Part shown: positions 1 to 10,802 of the stretch, piece after piece
How positions within the stretch are numbered: position 1 is the stretch's first letter
How the letters are laid out: every line of letters begins with the position of its first letter
NCBI RefSeq assembly: GCF_052908275.1
Contig: NZ_CM128603.1
Direction: 5' to 3' (one strand)
DNA length: 32,000 nt
Notes under the pieces: generated by a model
Seen by the model: only the letters and a program-made list of their open reading frames with translations
Told to the model about the DNA's origin: nothing
Database searches by the model: none
Made by a program: the position numbers and the translations under genes

Positions 1-35
1 GCGTTAATAATTGTTTGTAAAGCGTTATTCGACAC
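1..35 (-). CDS. codA: Cytosine deaminase CodA, 5' end only (GTG start, continues beyond window)
   Basis: Reverse complement of 1-35 reads GTG TCG AAT AAC GCT TTA CAA ACA ATT ATT AAC GC = (M)SNNALQTIIN, the known CodA N-terminus. It overlaps the codB stop by 11 nt, as in K-12. Confidence 0.8.
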   Translation of the reverse strand, partial: MSNNALQTIIN

Positions 36-1284
36 TGTTAGCCTCCACATGCGTCATTGCTGCTGTCGTTTTACGATTCAAAATCGGGTTAAGGATCAGA
101 TAGCTCAGCGCGCCACCTAATACCGCGTTGACCGGAACAATTCCCGGTAACCAGTGGCCTGCAGCAATCCCCAAGGCGACCGCCAGAATCGCCACCCAAT
201 TGACACTCATCATACGCGTGGTCGCAAAGTGCTCATAGCGGCGACGGTTCATCAGATAGTCGGCAATGATCACGCCACCCACCGGAGGAATAGCTGCCGA
301 AAGGAAGGTCAACCAGCCGACAAAATTGTTATACAGCCATAATGCGCAGACCGTACCGATAATACCGTTGATTACCGAAAGGGTTTTGCTCGACATCCCG
401 GTAATGTTGGCGAAACCTAAACCCGACGCATAGAGCGCGTTATCGTTGGTGGTCCAGATATTTAGCCCCAGCACCACAATCGCAGGCAACAGCAGGCCCT
501 GAGCAATCATCACATCAGAGATATCCGCCATCCCCAGTGCCGCAGCGCCCGCTGCACCGAAAATAAACATCAACGAGTTGCCGAGGAAAAAGGCCACCAT
601 CGCCACCAGCACCGCCAGTTTGGCATTGCGACCAAAGCGGACAAAGTCAGCGGTGAGCGTGCCCGCACTGATAAATGACCCCACAACCAGCGCCAGCGCG
701 ACATTGAAATCTAACGGTTGTGCGGGAACGACCGCTTTTAAGGCGTCCAGGCCGCCCATGCCGTTAACGGCCAGCCATACGGAATAACCGCCAAGACAGG
801 CGATAGCCGGAACCGCAATCACCGAAAGAACCGTCAGCGCCGAAATGCCAAAGAAGACGGTGACGGTCATCAGTAAACCGGAAACGGCAATTAGCAAATT
901 AATATCCAGCCCGGTTGCCTTACCCACCGGAATAGCAAACATCGCCACACCGACGCCAAACCAGCCAACCTGGGTGCCGCCCAGCAGCAGTGAAGGCAGC
1001 CATGAGCCTTTAACACCAAAAGAGAAGCGAGCAAGAAGATGAGTGGTCAGGCCGGTTTTTGCGCCAATGTAACCGAGAAATGAAGTGTAAATACCGAGGA
1101 GAAGATTACCGATGAGAACTGCGAGGAAGAAATCATGATAGCTAAGACCGGTTCCGAGAGTACCGCCGGTCCACATACTGGCGGAAAAGAAGGTTAATCC
1201 CAGCATGACGAACGTCAATGCCAATACCCCTTTCCGCGCCGACTGCGGGACTGGCCCCTGGCTAAAGTTGTTATCTTGCGACAC
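25..1284 (-). CDS. codB: Cytosine permease CodB (NCS1 family)
   Basis: 419-aa ORF starting MSQDNNFSQGPVPQSARKG, polytopic membrane protein. Recognised as E. coli CodB, with codA following. Confidence 0.97.
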   Translation of the reverse strand: MSQDNNFSQGPVPQSARKGVLALTFVMLGLTFFSASMWTGGTLGTGLSYHDFFLAVLIGNLLLGIYTSFLGYIGAKTGLTTHLLARFSFGVKGSWLPSLLLGGTQVGWFGVGVAMFAIPVGKATGLDINLLIAVSGLLMTVTVFFGISALTVLSVIAVPAIACLGGYSVWLAVNGMGGLDALKAVVPAQPLDFNVALALVVGSFISAGTLTADFVRFGRNAKLAVLVAMVAFFLGNSLMFIFGAAGAAALGMADISDVMIAQGLLLPAIVVLGLNIWTTNDNALYASGLGFANITGMSSKTLSVINGIIGTVCALWLYNNFVGWLTFLSAAIPPVGGVIIADYLMNRRRYEHFATTRMMSVNWVAILAVALGIAAGHWLPGIVPVNAVLGGALSYLILNPILNRKTTAAMTHVEANSVE

Positions 1285-1436
1285 GAAATTCCCCCTTTTT
1301 GCTGTTTGAAACCCAAAAAATCCGCCGCATTCTATTCATCTGAAGATAAAAAGCAATCGTTTTCGTGGGGAAATATATTTTTTATATGAATGAGTGCAAA
1401 AAGGTGGGGGAAAAATTATCGGTGTAAAAACAGTGG

Positions 1437-1607
1437 GTAGGCCTGATAAGACGCGTCAGCGTCGCATCAGGCATCTGAGCATGGTGTCGGATGCGGCGCG
1501 AGCGCCTTATCCGACCTACGGTTCAGACCTGTAGGCATGATAAGACGCGCCAGCGTCGCATCAGGCATCGGCGCATGGTGTCGGATGCGCCACGCGACGC
1601 ATCCGAC
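1437..1607. repeat. REP/BIME cluster (four alternating REP palindromes) between codB and prpE
   Basis: gtaggcctgataagacgcg...gcatcaggcat and gtcggatgcggcg...ccttatccgacctac type palindromes in alternating orientation. This is the classical E. coli REP consensus. Confidence 0.85.
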
Positions 1608-1613
1608 AATACC

Positions 1614-3500
1614 TTACTCTTCCATCGCCTGGCGGATCTGATCCAACGACGCAGGATCATCAATGGTCGTCAGATCTCCAGGATCGCGTCCTTCGCAAAT
1701 CGCCTGGATCGTGCGGCGCAGCATTTTTCCGGATCGCGTTTTTGGCAATTGCGAGACAAACCAGACGTGCGCCGGGCGGCCAAAGTTGCCAATCTGGCTG
1801 TCCACCAGCGCCATAATCGCCTTCTCTTGCGAATGCGCCACATCACGATCTTCCAGACTGTCGCTCTCTTTCGGAATGACAAACGCCACCGCCACCTGCC
1901 CTTTCAGCGCATCTTTCACCCCAACCACCGCCACTTCGGCAACGCCCGGATGGCTGGAGATACTCTCTTCAATCTCGCGCGTCCCCAGCCGATGCCCGGC
2001 AACGTTAATTACATCGTCAGTGCGCCCGAGAATAAAGTGATAACCGTCAGCGTCACGGATGCCCCAGTCAAAGGTGGCGTACACCGGGCGGGAAAACAGC
2101 GACCAGTAAGTCTTCACAAAGCGGCCGTCGTCGCCCCAGATGGTCTGAATACACCCCGGCGGCAGCGGCCCTTCCACCACCAGCATCCCTTTCTCGTTGA
2201 CGCCACACGGTTCGCCGGTGACTTCATTAAGCAACTGCACGTTATAGCCATACATCGGCACACCGGGGCTTCCCAGACGCGTCGGCCTGTCGTCCAGACC
2301 GCGAGCAATCGCCATAATCGGCCAGCCGGATTCGGTCTGCCAGTAGTTGTCGATGACCGGCACATCCAGCGTATTGCTCACCCAACTGGCGGTCGGCTCG
2401 TCCAGCGGTTCTCCAGCCAGATAGAGCACTTCCAGCGACGAGAGATCGTGTTTACGAATTTCAGCGGTAGGGAATTTTTTCAGCACGCGAATGGCGGTCG
2501 GCGCTGAGAACATGCGGCTAACCTGATATTTCTCGACGATTTTCCACCACACGCCGCAGTCCGGCCAGGTCGGTAATCCTTCGTAAACGATAGTCGCCAT
2601 CCCCGCCAGCAGCGGCGCGTAAACGATATACGAATGCCCCACCACCCAGCCGATATCCGATGCGCAAAAGAACACGCTGCCCGCTTTGCCGCCAAAAATG
2701 GTGTCCATCGAGGTCGCCAGCGCCACCGCATATCCGCCGACGTCACGCTGCACGCCTTTAGGTTTGCCGGTCGTGCCGGAAGTGTAGAGAATGCAGGAGG
2801 TTTCGTTGGATTCCAGCCACGCCACCGGTACCCGCGCGCCGATGTGTTGATGGCGCAACGACGCGAAATCGACATCCCGCCCGCTGACGCGCGCCATTTT
2901 CGCCAGCCCGCGATCCACCAGCAAAACATGGCGTGGCTGGTGCTGCGCCTGACTTATCGCATCGTCGAGCAATTTTTTATAGGGAATGATTTTGCCACCG
3001 CGCGCTCCGGCATCAGCCGAGACAATCAGCACCGGTTTAGCGTCATCAATTCGCGCCGCCACGCTGTGCGAGGCAAATCCACCAAACACCACCGAGTGAA
3101 TAGCGCCAATGCGCGCGCAGGCCAGCAGAGTAATATGCGCTTCGGCAATCATCGGCATATACACCAGCACCCGATCGCCGCGCTGCACACCCAATGAACG
3201 CAACATTGAGGCCACCGCGTTCACTTCGTCATGCAGCTGACGAAAGGTAAAGGTGCGCTCTTCTTCTGTTTCCGAAGAGACGGCAATCAGCGCCAGCGCC
3301 TCTGGCTGTTTCTCCAGCCAGCGGTCGATGGCGTTGTGGCACAAGTTGGTTCGGCCTTCACAAAACCAACGGGCAAACGGCGGATTGCTGTGATCGAGCG
3401 TTTGCGTAAAGGGCGTCTGCCAGTCAATACGCCGGGCCTGCTCGGCCCAGAACTGCTCCGGTTCGTTAATCGAACGCTGATAAAATTCGCTAAAAGACAT
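1614..3500 (-). CDS. prpE: Propionate-CoA ligase (propionyl-CoA synthetase)
   Basis: 628-aa ORF with acyl-CoA synthetase motifs (YTSGTTGKPKG). It is the last gene of the prpBCDE operon. Confidence 0.97.
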   Translation of the reverse strand: MSFSEFYQRSINEPEQFWAEQARRIDWQTPFTQTLDHSNPPFARWFCEGRTNLCHNAIDRWLEKQPEALALIAVSSETEEERTFTFRQLHDEVNAVASMLRSLGVQRGDRVLVYMPMIAEAHITLLACARIGAIHSVVFGGFASHSVAARIDDAKPVLIVSADAGARGGKIIPYKKLLDDAISQAQHQPRHVLLVDRGLAKMARVSGRDVDFASLRHQHIGARVPVAWLESNETSCILYTSGTTGKPKGVQRDVGGYAVALATSMDTIFGGKAGSVFFCASDIGWVVGHSYIVYAPLLAGMATIVYEGLPTWPDCGVWWKIVEKYQVSRMFSAPTAIRVLKKFPTAEIRKHDLSSLEVLYLAGEPLDEPTASWVSNTLDVPVIDNYWQTESGWPIMAIARGLDDRPTRLGSPGVPMYGYNVQLLNEVTGEPCGVNEKGMLVVEGPLPPGCIQTIWGDDGRFVKTYWSLFSRPVYATFDWGIRDADGYHFILGRTDDVINVAGHRLGTREIEESISSHPGVAEVAVVGVKDALKGQVAVAFVIPKESDSLEDRDVAHSQEKAIMALVDSQIGNFGRPAHVWFVSQLPKTRSGKMLRRTIQAICEGRDPGDLTTIDDPASLDQIRQAMEE

Positions 3501-3539
3501 AATGCTCTCCTGTTGAACTTACGCCTTACCGCCGTTTAC

Positions 3540-4991
3540 TTAAATGACGTACAGGTCGAGATACTCATTGACCGGCATCTGTTCCAGGCGAGCTCTGTCG
3601 AGAGAAACCTCCAGAATGCGCTGCTGTTGGCGAGTCGGGAACTGGCGCGCGAGATTGATTTTGAATTTATCGACCAGTTTCGGAATACCATCCTGACGGC
3701 GGCGAGCATGACCAATGGGGTACTCCACCACCACTTCTTCAAATCGTGTGCCGTCGGTGAACTCAAGGGTAATGGCATTGGCGATGGCGCGTTTTTCCGG
3801 GTCGTGGTAGTCAGCGGTAAATGCCGGATCTTCAAAGCAATTGATCTTCTCGCGCAGGGCGTCAATGCGTTTATCTTGCGCAACGTTGTCCTCGTAATCT
3901 GCCGCCGTTAAGCGCCCGAATAGCAGCGGGATCGCCACCATGTACTGAATGCAGTGATCGCGGTCTGCCGGGTTATTGAGCGGCCCTTTTTTGTCGATGA
4001 TGCGAATACAGGCTTCGTGGGTGCGAATGGTCACTTTTTCGATATCCGCCGCCGTTTTGCCTGCTGCCTGCATCTGTTCATAGAGCGTCATCGCTGCTTC
4101 AACTGCCGTCTGGGAGTGGAACTCCGCCGGGAAGGAGATTTTGAACAGCACATTTTCCATAACGTAGGAACCGTACGGGCGCTGGAAGCGGAACGATTCA
4201 CCTTTAAAGGAGACGTCGTAGAAGCCCCACACCGGCGCAGTCAGGGCTGACGGGTAACCCATTTCGCCCGTTTTCGCCATCAGTGCCAGACGTACCGCGC
4301 GGGAAGTGGCATCGCCCGCCGCCCAGGATTTACGCGTGCCGGTGTTCGGCGCATGGCGATAGGTGCGCAGCGACTGACCGTCCACCCACGCCAGCGAAAC
4401 GGCGTTGAGAATTTCCTCGCGGGTCAGGCCGAGCATTTCGGCGACCACGGCGGTGGAAGCCACTTTCACTAACAGAACGTGGTCGAGGCCGACGCGGTTA
4501 AAGGAGTTTTCCAGCGCGATGCAGCCCTGAATTTCATGGGCTTTGATCATTGCGGTCAGCACCTGTTTCATGGTCAACGGCGCTTTGCCGCTGGCGACCG
4601 CGTTGCGCGAAAGCCAGTCCGCCGTTGCCAGAATGCCGCCGAGGTTGTCGGAAGGATGGCCCCACTCCGCCGCCAGCCAGGTATCGTTGAAATCGAGCCA
4701 GCGGATCATCGCGCCGATGTTAAATGCCGCCTGGACGGGGTCGAGCTGGAACTGAGTTCCGGGGACGCGCACGCCGTTGGGTACGACGGTGCCGGGAACA
4801 ATTGGCCCCAGCAGTTTTTTACAGGCCGGGTATTCGAGAGCTTCCAGACCGCAGCCGAGCGTGTCGAGCAGGCAGTAATGTGCGGTGTCGTAGGCCACTT
4901 TAGAGCTGATTTCGTAGTTCATGACGTAATCGACGATATCAACGATTTCACGATCAAATTCCGGGCGGATGTTGTTGATTTGAGCTGACAT
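3540..4991 (-). CDS. prpD: 2-methylcitrate dehydratase
   Basis: 483-aa ORF of the MmgE/PrpD family, positioned between prpC and prpE. Confidence 0.97.
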
Positions 4992-5024
4992 TGGGTACGT
5001 TTCCTTATTGTTATTCGTAGAGGT

Positions 5025-6194
5025 TTACTGGCGCTTATCCAGCGCGACAAACGGGCGGTCTTCCGGTCCAACATAATTGGCGGAAGGACGGATAATTTTG
5101 TTGTCCTGACGTTGTTCGATAATGTGCGCCGCCCAGCCGGTGACGCGGGCGATAACAAACAGTGGTGTGAACATCTCGGTGGGAACGCCCATCATGTTGT
5201 AGGAAACAGCAGAGAACCAGTCGAGATTGGGGAACATCTTTTTGCTCTCCCACATCACCGTTTCCAGGCGATCGGCGATGTTGTACATCTTCAGCGAGCC
5301 GCCTTCCTGCGAGAGCTGCTTCGCCACACGTTTAATCACCTGGTGGCGCGGGTCAGCGATGGTGTAAACCGGATGACCAAAACCAATGACCACTTCTTTG
5401 TTTTCCACGCGCTTGCGGATATCTGCTTCGGCTTCGTCCGGCGTTTCGTAGCGTTGCTGGATCTCCAGCGACACTTCATTCGCCCCGCCGTGTTTTGGCC
5501 CGCGCAGTGCGCCAATCGCGCCAATAATCGCGGAATACATATCAGAGCCGGTGCCCGCAATCACCCGACTGGTAAAGGTGGAGGCGTTAAACTCGTGTTC
5601 GGCGTACAGCACCAGCGAGATATGCATCGCCTTTTCCCAGCTTTGCGATGGCTTTTCGCCGTGCAGCAGATGCAGGAAGTGACCGCCGATGGAGTCGTCA
5701 TCGGTTTCCGGTTGGATGCGTTCGCCGTTGTGGCTGTAGTGATACCAATAAAGGAGAATCGAGCTAAGCGACGCCAGCAGTTTGTCGGCAATATCCCGCG
5801 CGCCAGAGACGGTATGCCCCTCTTTTTCTGGCAGCGTGCAGCCGAGCGCGGAAACACCGGTGCGCATAACATCCATCGGGTGCGACGCCGCCGGTAAGGC
5901 TTCCAGCACGGTACGCACGTTAGCCGGTAAACCGCGCAGGGCTTTCAGTTTCGTTTTGTAAGCGGCGAGTTCGTCACGGGTCGGCAGTTTGCCGTGGATC
6001 AGCAGATGCGCCACTTCTTCAAATTCGCAATGTTTCGCCAGATCAAGAATATCGTAGCCGCGGTAATGCAGGTCATTGCCACTTTTACCCACGGTGCAGA
6101 GCGCCGTATTGCCCGCCGGAACGCCAGAAAGTGCCACAGATTTTTTCGGTTTAATGACATGGGTACTGTTTTGCAGGATCGTTGTGTCGCTCAT
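5025..6194 (-). CDS. prpC: 2-methylcitrate synthase
   Basis: 389-aa citrate-synthase-family ORF in the operon position of prpC. Confidence 0.97.
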   Translation of the reverse strand: MSDTTILQNSTHVIKPKKSVALSGVPAGNTALCTVGKSGNDLHYRGYDILDLAKHCEFEEVAHLLIHGKLPTRDELAAYKTKLKALRGLPANVRTVLEALPAASHPMDVMRTGVSALGCTLPEKEGHTVSGARDIADKLLASLSSILLYWYHYSHNGERIQPETDDDSIGGHFLHLLHGEKPSQSWEKAMHISLVLYAEHEFNASTFTSRVIAGTGSDMYSAIIGAIGALRGPKHGGANEVSLEIQQRYETPDEAEADIRKRVENKEVVIGFGHPVYTIADPRHQVIKRVAKQLSQEGGSLKMYNIADRLETVMWESKKMFPNLDWFSAVSYNMMGVPTEMFTPLFVIARVTGWAAHIIEQRQDNKIIRPSANYVGPEDRPFVALDKRQ

Positions 6195-6236
6195 GTTGTC
6201 CTCGTCATTGTTATCATTTGTAGGGTCGAGATTGTT

Positions 6237-6608
6237 GTCGGATGCGACGCTATGCGTCTTATCCGACCTACAGTTCAGTTCACCCCGTAGGCCTGATAAG
6301 TCGCGTCAGCGGCGCATCAGGCATCGGTTGTCGGATGCGACGCTATGCGTCTTATCCGACCTACAGTTCAGTGCACCCCGTAGGCCTGATAAGTCGCGTC
6401 AGCGGCGCATCAGGCATCGGTTGTCGGATGCGACGCTATGCGTCTTATCCGACCTACAGTTCAGTGCACCCCGTAGGCCTGATAAGTCACGTCAGCGGCG
6501 CATCAGGCATCGGTTGTCGGATGCGACGCCATCCGTCTTATCCGACCTACAGTTCAGTGCACCTCGTAGGCCTGATAAGTCGCGTCAGCGACGCATCAGG
6601 CATCGGCT
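6237..6608. repeat. BIME array: four tandem 93-bp units, each a pair of inverted REPs
   Basis: The motif gtcggatgcgacgc recurs at 6237, 6330, 6423 and 6516 (period exactly 93 bp), with a degenerate fifth start near 6609. Each unit contains gtcggatgcgacgc..cttatccgacctac plus gtaggcctgataag..gcatcaggcat. Confidence 0.9.
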
Positions 6609-6633
6609 GTCGAATACAATCAACGGGCGTTTT

Positions 6634-7524
6634 TTATTTCACCTGGCTACGGGCAAACAGGTTGTCGAGCTTCTCTTCGTACTGGTAGTAGTTGATGCTT
6701 TCGTACAGCTCGTTGCGGGTCTGCATGGTGTCGATGACGCTTTTCTGCGTGCCTTCCTGGCGCAGGACGTTGTAGACATGTTCAGCGGCGCGGTTCATGG
6801 CGCGGAACGCTGAAAGTGGGTACAGCGCCATTGCGACATGGGCGCTGCGTAATTCGTCGGTGGTAAACAGCGGCGTGGCACCAAATTCGGTGATGTTGGC
6901 GAGGATCGGCACCTGCACCGCATCGGCAAACTGGCGGTACATGGCGAGTTCGGTAATCGCCTCCGGGAACAACATCTCGGCACCCGCTTCAACATAGGCC
7001 TGCGCACGCTCGATCGCCGCATCCAGCCCCTCTACCGCCAGAGCATCGGTGCGCGCCATGATCACAAAATCAGGATCGGTTTTCGCATCCACCGCCGCGC
7101 GGATCCGATCCACCATCTCTTCTTTCGAGACGATCGCTTTATTCGGACGATGACCGCAGCGTTTCGCACCAACCTGATCTTCAATATGCAATCCTGCCGC
7201 ACCGGCTTTAATCATCGATTTCACGGTGCGCGCCACGTTAAAGGCCGAAGAACCAAAACCGATATCCGCATCCACCAGCAGCGGCAGCGAACAAACGTCG
7301 GTGATACGGCGAATATCGGTCAGCACGTCATCAAGAGTAGAAATACCGAGATCGGGCAGCCCCAGCGAACCTGCCGCCACGCCACCGCCAGAAAGATAAA
7401 TTGCCTGATATCCGGCACGCTGCGCCAACAGCGCATGATTAGCGTTGATGGTGCCAACAATCTGCAATGGATTTTCTTTAGTCAGTGCAGCGCGAAACGC
7501 TTTACCTGGAGAGTGTAGAGACAT
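6634..7524 (-). CDS. prpB: 2-methylisocitrate lyase
   Basis: 296-aa ORF of the isocitrate lyase/PEP mutase family. It is the first gene of prpBCDE, downstream of the sigma54 promoter. Confidence 0.97.
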   Translation of the reverse strand: MSLHSPGKAFRAALTKENPLQIVGTINANHALLAQRAGYQAIYLSGGGVAAGSLGLPDLGISTLDDVLTDIRRITDVCSLPLLVDADIGFGSSAFNVARTVKSMIKAGAAGLHIEDQVGAKRCGHRPNKAIVSKEEMVDRIRAAVDAKTDPDFVIMARTDALAVEGLDAAIERAQAYVEAGAEMLFPEAITELAMYRQFADAVQVPILANITEFGATPLFTTDELRSAHVAMALYPLSAFRAMNRAAEHVYNVLRQEGTQKSVIDTMQTRNELYESINYYQYEEKLDNLFARSQVK

Positions 7525-7571
7525 AGCCCATCCTTTGTTATCAACTTGTTATTTGCGTTGATAAAGACAAA

Positions 7572-7586
7572 GCAAGGGGTGTGCCA
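7572..7586 (-). promoter_or_regulatory. Sigma54 (-24/-12) promoter of prpBCDE
   Basis: The minus strand reads TGGCAC-ACCCC-TTGC, a perfect match to TGGCAC-N5-TTGC. It lies about 50 nt upstream of the prpB ATG, and the divergent prpR encodes a sigma54 enhancer-binding protein. Confidence 0.85.
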
Positions 7587-7660
7587 CAATTGCCTTAATA
7601 AAATTAAATGTTTAATTTCAATTTGTTAGAGATAAAGTCATGAACTAATCCGCAAATATG

Positions 7661-7720
7661 CGTTTCAGTTAACGTTTCAGGCAATGTTTCACCGCGTTTC
7701 ATTGCAACAATTATGAAACA
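7661..7720. promoter_or_regulatory. Probable PrpR enhancer (UAS): four GTTTCA repeats ending in the palindrome GTTTCAT-N10-ATGAAAC
   Basis: GTTTCA occurs at 7662, 7674, 7686 and 7696. The inverted partner ATGAAAC is at 7713-7719. The block lies about 80-140 bp upstream of the sigma54 promoter, a typical EBP site distance. Confidence 0.6.
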
Positions 7721-7762
7721 AGACTAAACCCAATATTCGGTTTCTTAACTTTGCGGTGCGCT

Positions 7763-9349
7763 ATGGCACATCCACCACGGCTTAATGACGACAAACCGGT
7801 TATCTGGACGGTATCTGTAACGCGCCTGTTCGAGCTGTTTCGCGATATCAGCCTCGAGTTTGATCACCTGGCGAACATTACCCCTATCCAGCTTGGCTTT
7901 GAAAAAGCGGTGACCTACATCCACAAGAAACTGGCAAACGAACGCTGTGACGCCATCATCGCCGCTGGATCTAACGGCGCGTACCTGAAAAGCCGCCTGT
8001 CAGTGCCAGTTATTTTGATTAAACCGAGCGGCTACGATGTGTTACAGGCACTGGCAAAAGCCGGAAAACTCACCTCTTCTATCGGCGTTGTCACTTATCA
8101 GGAAACTATTCCGGCACTGGTGGCGTTTCAAAAAACCTTTAATTTGCGCCTCGATCAACGTAGCTACATTACCGAAGAAGACGCACGCGGGCAGATTAAC
8201 GAGCTAAAAGCTAACGGCACCGAAGCGGTGGTCGGCGCGGGGCTGATTACCGATCTGGCAGAAGAAGCCGGAATGACCGGAATTTTTATCTATTCCGCCG
8301 CCACCGTGCGCCAGGCGTTCAGCGATGCGCTGGATATGACGCGCATGTCGTTACGCCATAACACTCACGATGCCACCCGCAACGCCCTGAGAACTCGTTA
8401 TGTGCTGGGCGATATGCTCGGTCAATCACCACAGATGGAACAAGTACGGCAGACTATTTTGCTGTATGCCCGCTCCAGTGCAGCGGTGTTGATTGAGGGG
8501 GAAACGGGGACGGGCAAAGAGCTGGCGGCCCAGGCGATTCATCGGGAATATTTTGCCCGCCACGATGCGCGACAGGGCAAAAAGTCGCATCCGTTTGTTG
8601 CAGTCAACTGCGGGGCGATTGCCGAATCGCTGCTGGAAGCAGAACTGTTTGGCTATGAGGAAGGGGCGTTTACCGGCTCGCGACGCGGCGGTCGCGCCGG
8701 GCTGTTTGAAATCGCCCACGGAGGTACGCTGTTTCTCGATGAGATTGGCGAAATGCCGCTGCCGTTGCAGACCCGGCTGCTGCGGGTGCTGGAAGAAAAA
8801 GAGGTCACCCGCGTCGGCGGGCATCAGCCTGTTCCGGTGGATGTGCGGGTCATTAGCGCCACTCACTGCAATCTGGAAGAAGATATGCGGCAAGGGCAGT
8901 TTCGCCGTGACCTGTTTTATCGGCTGAGTATTTTGCGTCTGCAATTGCCACCACTGCGCGAGCGGGTGGCGGATATTCTGCCACTGGCGGAAAGCTTTTT
9001 GAAAGTGTCTCTGGCGGCGCTCTCCGCCCCGTTTTCTGCCGCATTACGCCAGGGATTACAGGCAAGCGAAACCGTGCTGGTGCACTACGACTGGCCGGGC
9101 AATATTCGTGAACTGCGCAATATGATGGAGCGACTGGCGCTATTTTTAAGTGTGGAACCGACGCCGGATTTAACGCCGCAATTTTTGCAGCTGCTACTGC
9201 CGGAACTGGCGCGCGAGTCGGCGAAAACTCCCGCTCCACGCTTACTGACACCACAACAGGCACTGGAGAAATTTAATGGCGATAAAACAGCAGCGGCGAA
9301 TTATTTAGGCATCAGCCGGACGACGTTCTGGCGGCGGCTGAAAAGCTGA
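7763..9349 (+). CDS. prpR: Sigma54-dependent transcriptional activator of the prp operon
   Basis: Sequence starts [15 protein letters not shown] and carries an AAA+ sigma54-interaction domain ([13 protein letters not shown]-like [18 protein letters not shown]) and a C-terminal HTH. The start is placed at ATG 7763 (528 aa) rather than the TTG at 7751 in the ORF track. Confidence 0.95.
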   Translation: MAHPPRLNDDKPVIWTVSVTRLFELFRDISLEFDHLANITPIQLGFEKAVTYIHKKLANERCDAIIAAGSNGAYLKSRLSVPVILIKPSGYDVLQALAKAGKLTSSIGVVTYQETIPALVAFQKTFNLRLDQRSYITEEDARGQINELKANGTEAVVGAGLITDLAEEAGMTGIFIYSAATVRQAFSDALDMTRMSLRHNTHDATRNALRTRYVLGDMLGQSPQMEQVRQTILLYARSSAAVLIEGETGTGKELAAQAIHREYFARHDARQGKKSHPFVAVNCGAIAESLLEAELFGYEEGAFTGSRRGGRAGLFEIAHGGTLFLDEIGEMPLPLQTRLLRVLEEKEVTRVGGHQPVPVDVRVISATHCNLEEDMRQGQFRRDLFYRLSILRLQLPPLRERVADILPLAESFLKVSLAALSAPFSAALRQGLQASETVLVHYDWPGNIRELRNMMERLALFLSVEPTPDLTPQFLQLLLPELARESAKTPAPRLLTPQQALEKFNGDKTAAANYLGISRTTFWRRLKS

Positions 9350-9352
9350 ACT

Positions 9353-9382
9353 GCCGAATGCAGCGCGAACGCTTTATCCGGC
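9353..9382. repeat. Single degenerate REP-like palindrome between convergent prpR and yahO
   Basis: gccgaatgcagcgcgaacgctttatccggc forms an imperfect REP-type stem. It could act as a bidirectional terminator or mRNA stabiliser. Confidence 0.5.
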
Positions 9383-9446
9383 ATAAATTTCAATAGATGA
9401 TCACCGATAAACTTACGCATCGGAGATGTTTACATAGGATTCAGAA

Positions 9447-9722
9447 TTACTTCTTCTTATAAATATTTGCCGTGCCGTGGATCTTATTGTCAGTTTGACC
9501 GGAGGTCAGTACCAACACATCAGCCCCTTTTTCATCCGCTTTTTTGATCAAATCTTCTTTTGCATCTGCAGTCGACATTTCATTGCTGGTTGAAATATCA
9601 CCTATTTTTTCATACTGCGATTCAACTTTTTCAAATTCCGCTTTGGTCATCAATTCAGCGGCATAGACATTGGTAACGGCTAACGCTAACGCACCGACTA
9701 ACATTTTAGAGATTATTTTCAT
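9447..9722 (-). CDS. yahO: Periplasmic DUF1471 (YhcN-family) protein YahO
   Basis: 91-aa ORF with signal peptide [21 protein letters not shown], recognised as K-12 YahO. Confidence 0.93.
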   Translation of the reverse strand: MKIISKMLVGALALAVTNVYAAELMTKAEFEKVESQYEKIGDISTSNEMSTADAKEDLIKKADEKGADVLVLTSGQTDNKIHGTANIYKKK

Positions 9723-9868
9723 ATTACGGCTCCAGAGTTGTTATCACACTATCACCCACCCACATTATTGGGTTGATTAATAATTAGTTCAGTCAGGGCA
9801 TAAACGCCAGTAACCGGAAATAAGACACTTTGTGATCTCTCTCGCACCCGATTATTTTTGGTAGAAAT

Positions 9869-10540
9869 ATGATGCAGTTAGTTCACTTATTTATGGATGA
9901 AATCACTATGGATCCTTTGCATGCCGTTTACCTGACCGTAGGACTGTTCGTGATTACTTTTTTTAATCCGGGAGCCAATCTCTTTGTGGTAGTACAAACC
10001 AGCCTGGCTTCCGGTCGACGCGCAGGGGTGCTGACCGGGCTGGGCGTGGCGCTGGGCGATGCATTTTATTCCGGGTTGGGTTTGTTTGGTCTTGCAACGC
10101 TAATTACGCAGTGTGAGGAGATTTTTTCGCTTATCAGAATCGTCGGCGGCGCTTATCTCTTATGGTTTGCGTGGTGCAGCATGCGCCGCCAGTCAACACC
10201 GCAAATGAGCACACTACAACAACCGATTAGCGCCCCCTGGTATGTCTTTTTTCGCCGCGGATTAATTACCGATCTCTCTAACCCGCAAACCGTTTTATTT
10301 TTTATCAGTATTTTCTCAGTAACATTAAATGCCGAAACACCAACATGGGCACGTTTAATGGCCTGGGCGGGGATTGTGCTCGCATCAATTATCTGGCGAG
10401 TTTTTCTTAGTCAGGCGTTTTCTTTGCCCGCTGTGCGTCGTGCTTATGGGCGTATGCAACGCGTTGCCAGTCGGGTTATTGGTGCAATTATTGGTGTATT
10501 CGCGCTACGCCTGATTTACGAAGGGGTGACGCAGCGGTGA
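9869..10540 (+). CDS. yahN: LysE/RhtB-family amino-acid exporter YahN
   Basis: 223-aa multi-TM ORF, recognised as K-12 YahN. Confidence 0.93.
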   Translation: MMQLVHLFMDEITMDPLHAVYLTVGLFVITFFNPGANLFVVVQTSLASGRRAGVLTGLGVALGDAFYSGLGLFGLATLITQCEEIFSLIRIVGGAYLLWFAWCSMRRQSTPQMSTLQQPISAPWYVFFRRGLITDLSNPQTVLFFISIFSVTLNAETPTWARLMAWAGIVLASIIWRVFLSQAFSLPAVRRAYGRMQRVASRVIGAIIGVFALRLIYEGVTQR

Positions 10541-10556
10541 GCAGATAATTTACTCT

Positions 10557-10802
10557 CTACGTAATCAACCTGATTTGCCGAATCACGGCCATCGGCGATG
10601 ATAGCCCCCGTAATGCGTGGTCCTTATTTCCGATAAGTTTACTTGAGTCTTTAGCTTCCCATTTCAGCCCACTCTCCCCTGTGTGGGCTTTTTTCATTGG
10701 TCTGCCCCATCCTGAATAGCCAAACAATGGCAATGTTCCACTTTGCAGGGATGATAATAAGGGGATCTGATTCAGAAGAGTTTTGAAAAGTTGGACCGCC
10801 AT
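10557..10802 (-). CDS. yahM: Uncharacterised 81-aa ORF annotated as yahM in K-12 (coding status doubtful)
   Basis: MAVQLFKTLLNQIPLL... matches K-12 YahM. The start is taken at the second Met of the 91-aa track ORF. Its 5' end overlaps the 3' end of a tRNA-like element. Confidence 0.5.
   Translation of the reverse strand: MAVQLFKTLLNQIPLLSSLQSGTLPLFGYSGWGRPMKKAHTGESGLKWEAKDSSKLIGNKDHALRGLSSPMAVIRQIRLIT

Noticed and set aside
1491-2507. 338-aa plus-strand ORF and many other ORFs of 60-260 aa antisense to prpE, prpD, prpC, prpB, prpR, yahJ, yahI, yahG, yahF and yahE
   Set aside because: All lie antisense or out of frame within well-recognised conserved genes and are Arg/His/Cys-rich, typical of GC-rich antisense frames. 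None has independent support.
6237-6608. Possible CRISPR array because of strict 93-bp periodicity (also 25990-26349)
   Set aside because: The units are contiguous palindromic REP pairs with no unique spacers, no leader and no cas genes. The sequence matches the REP consensus.
6076-6813. Long ORFs (245 aa and 148 aa) with internally repeated peptide sequence across the prpC-prpB spacer
   Set aside because: They are translations of the 93-bp BIME tandem array, so the periodic peptide repeats mirror the DNA repeats. No RBS logic is present, and this is a known artefact class.
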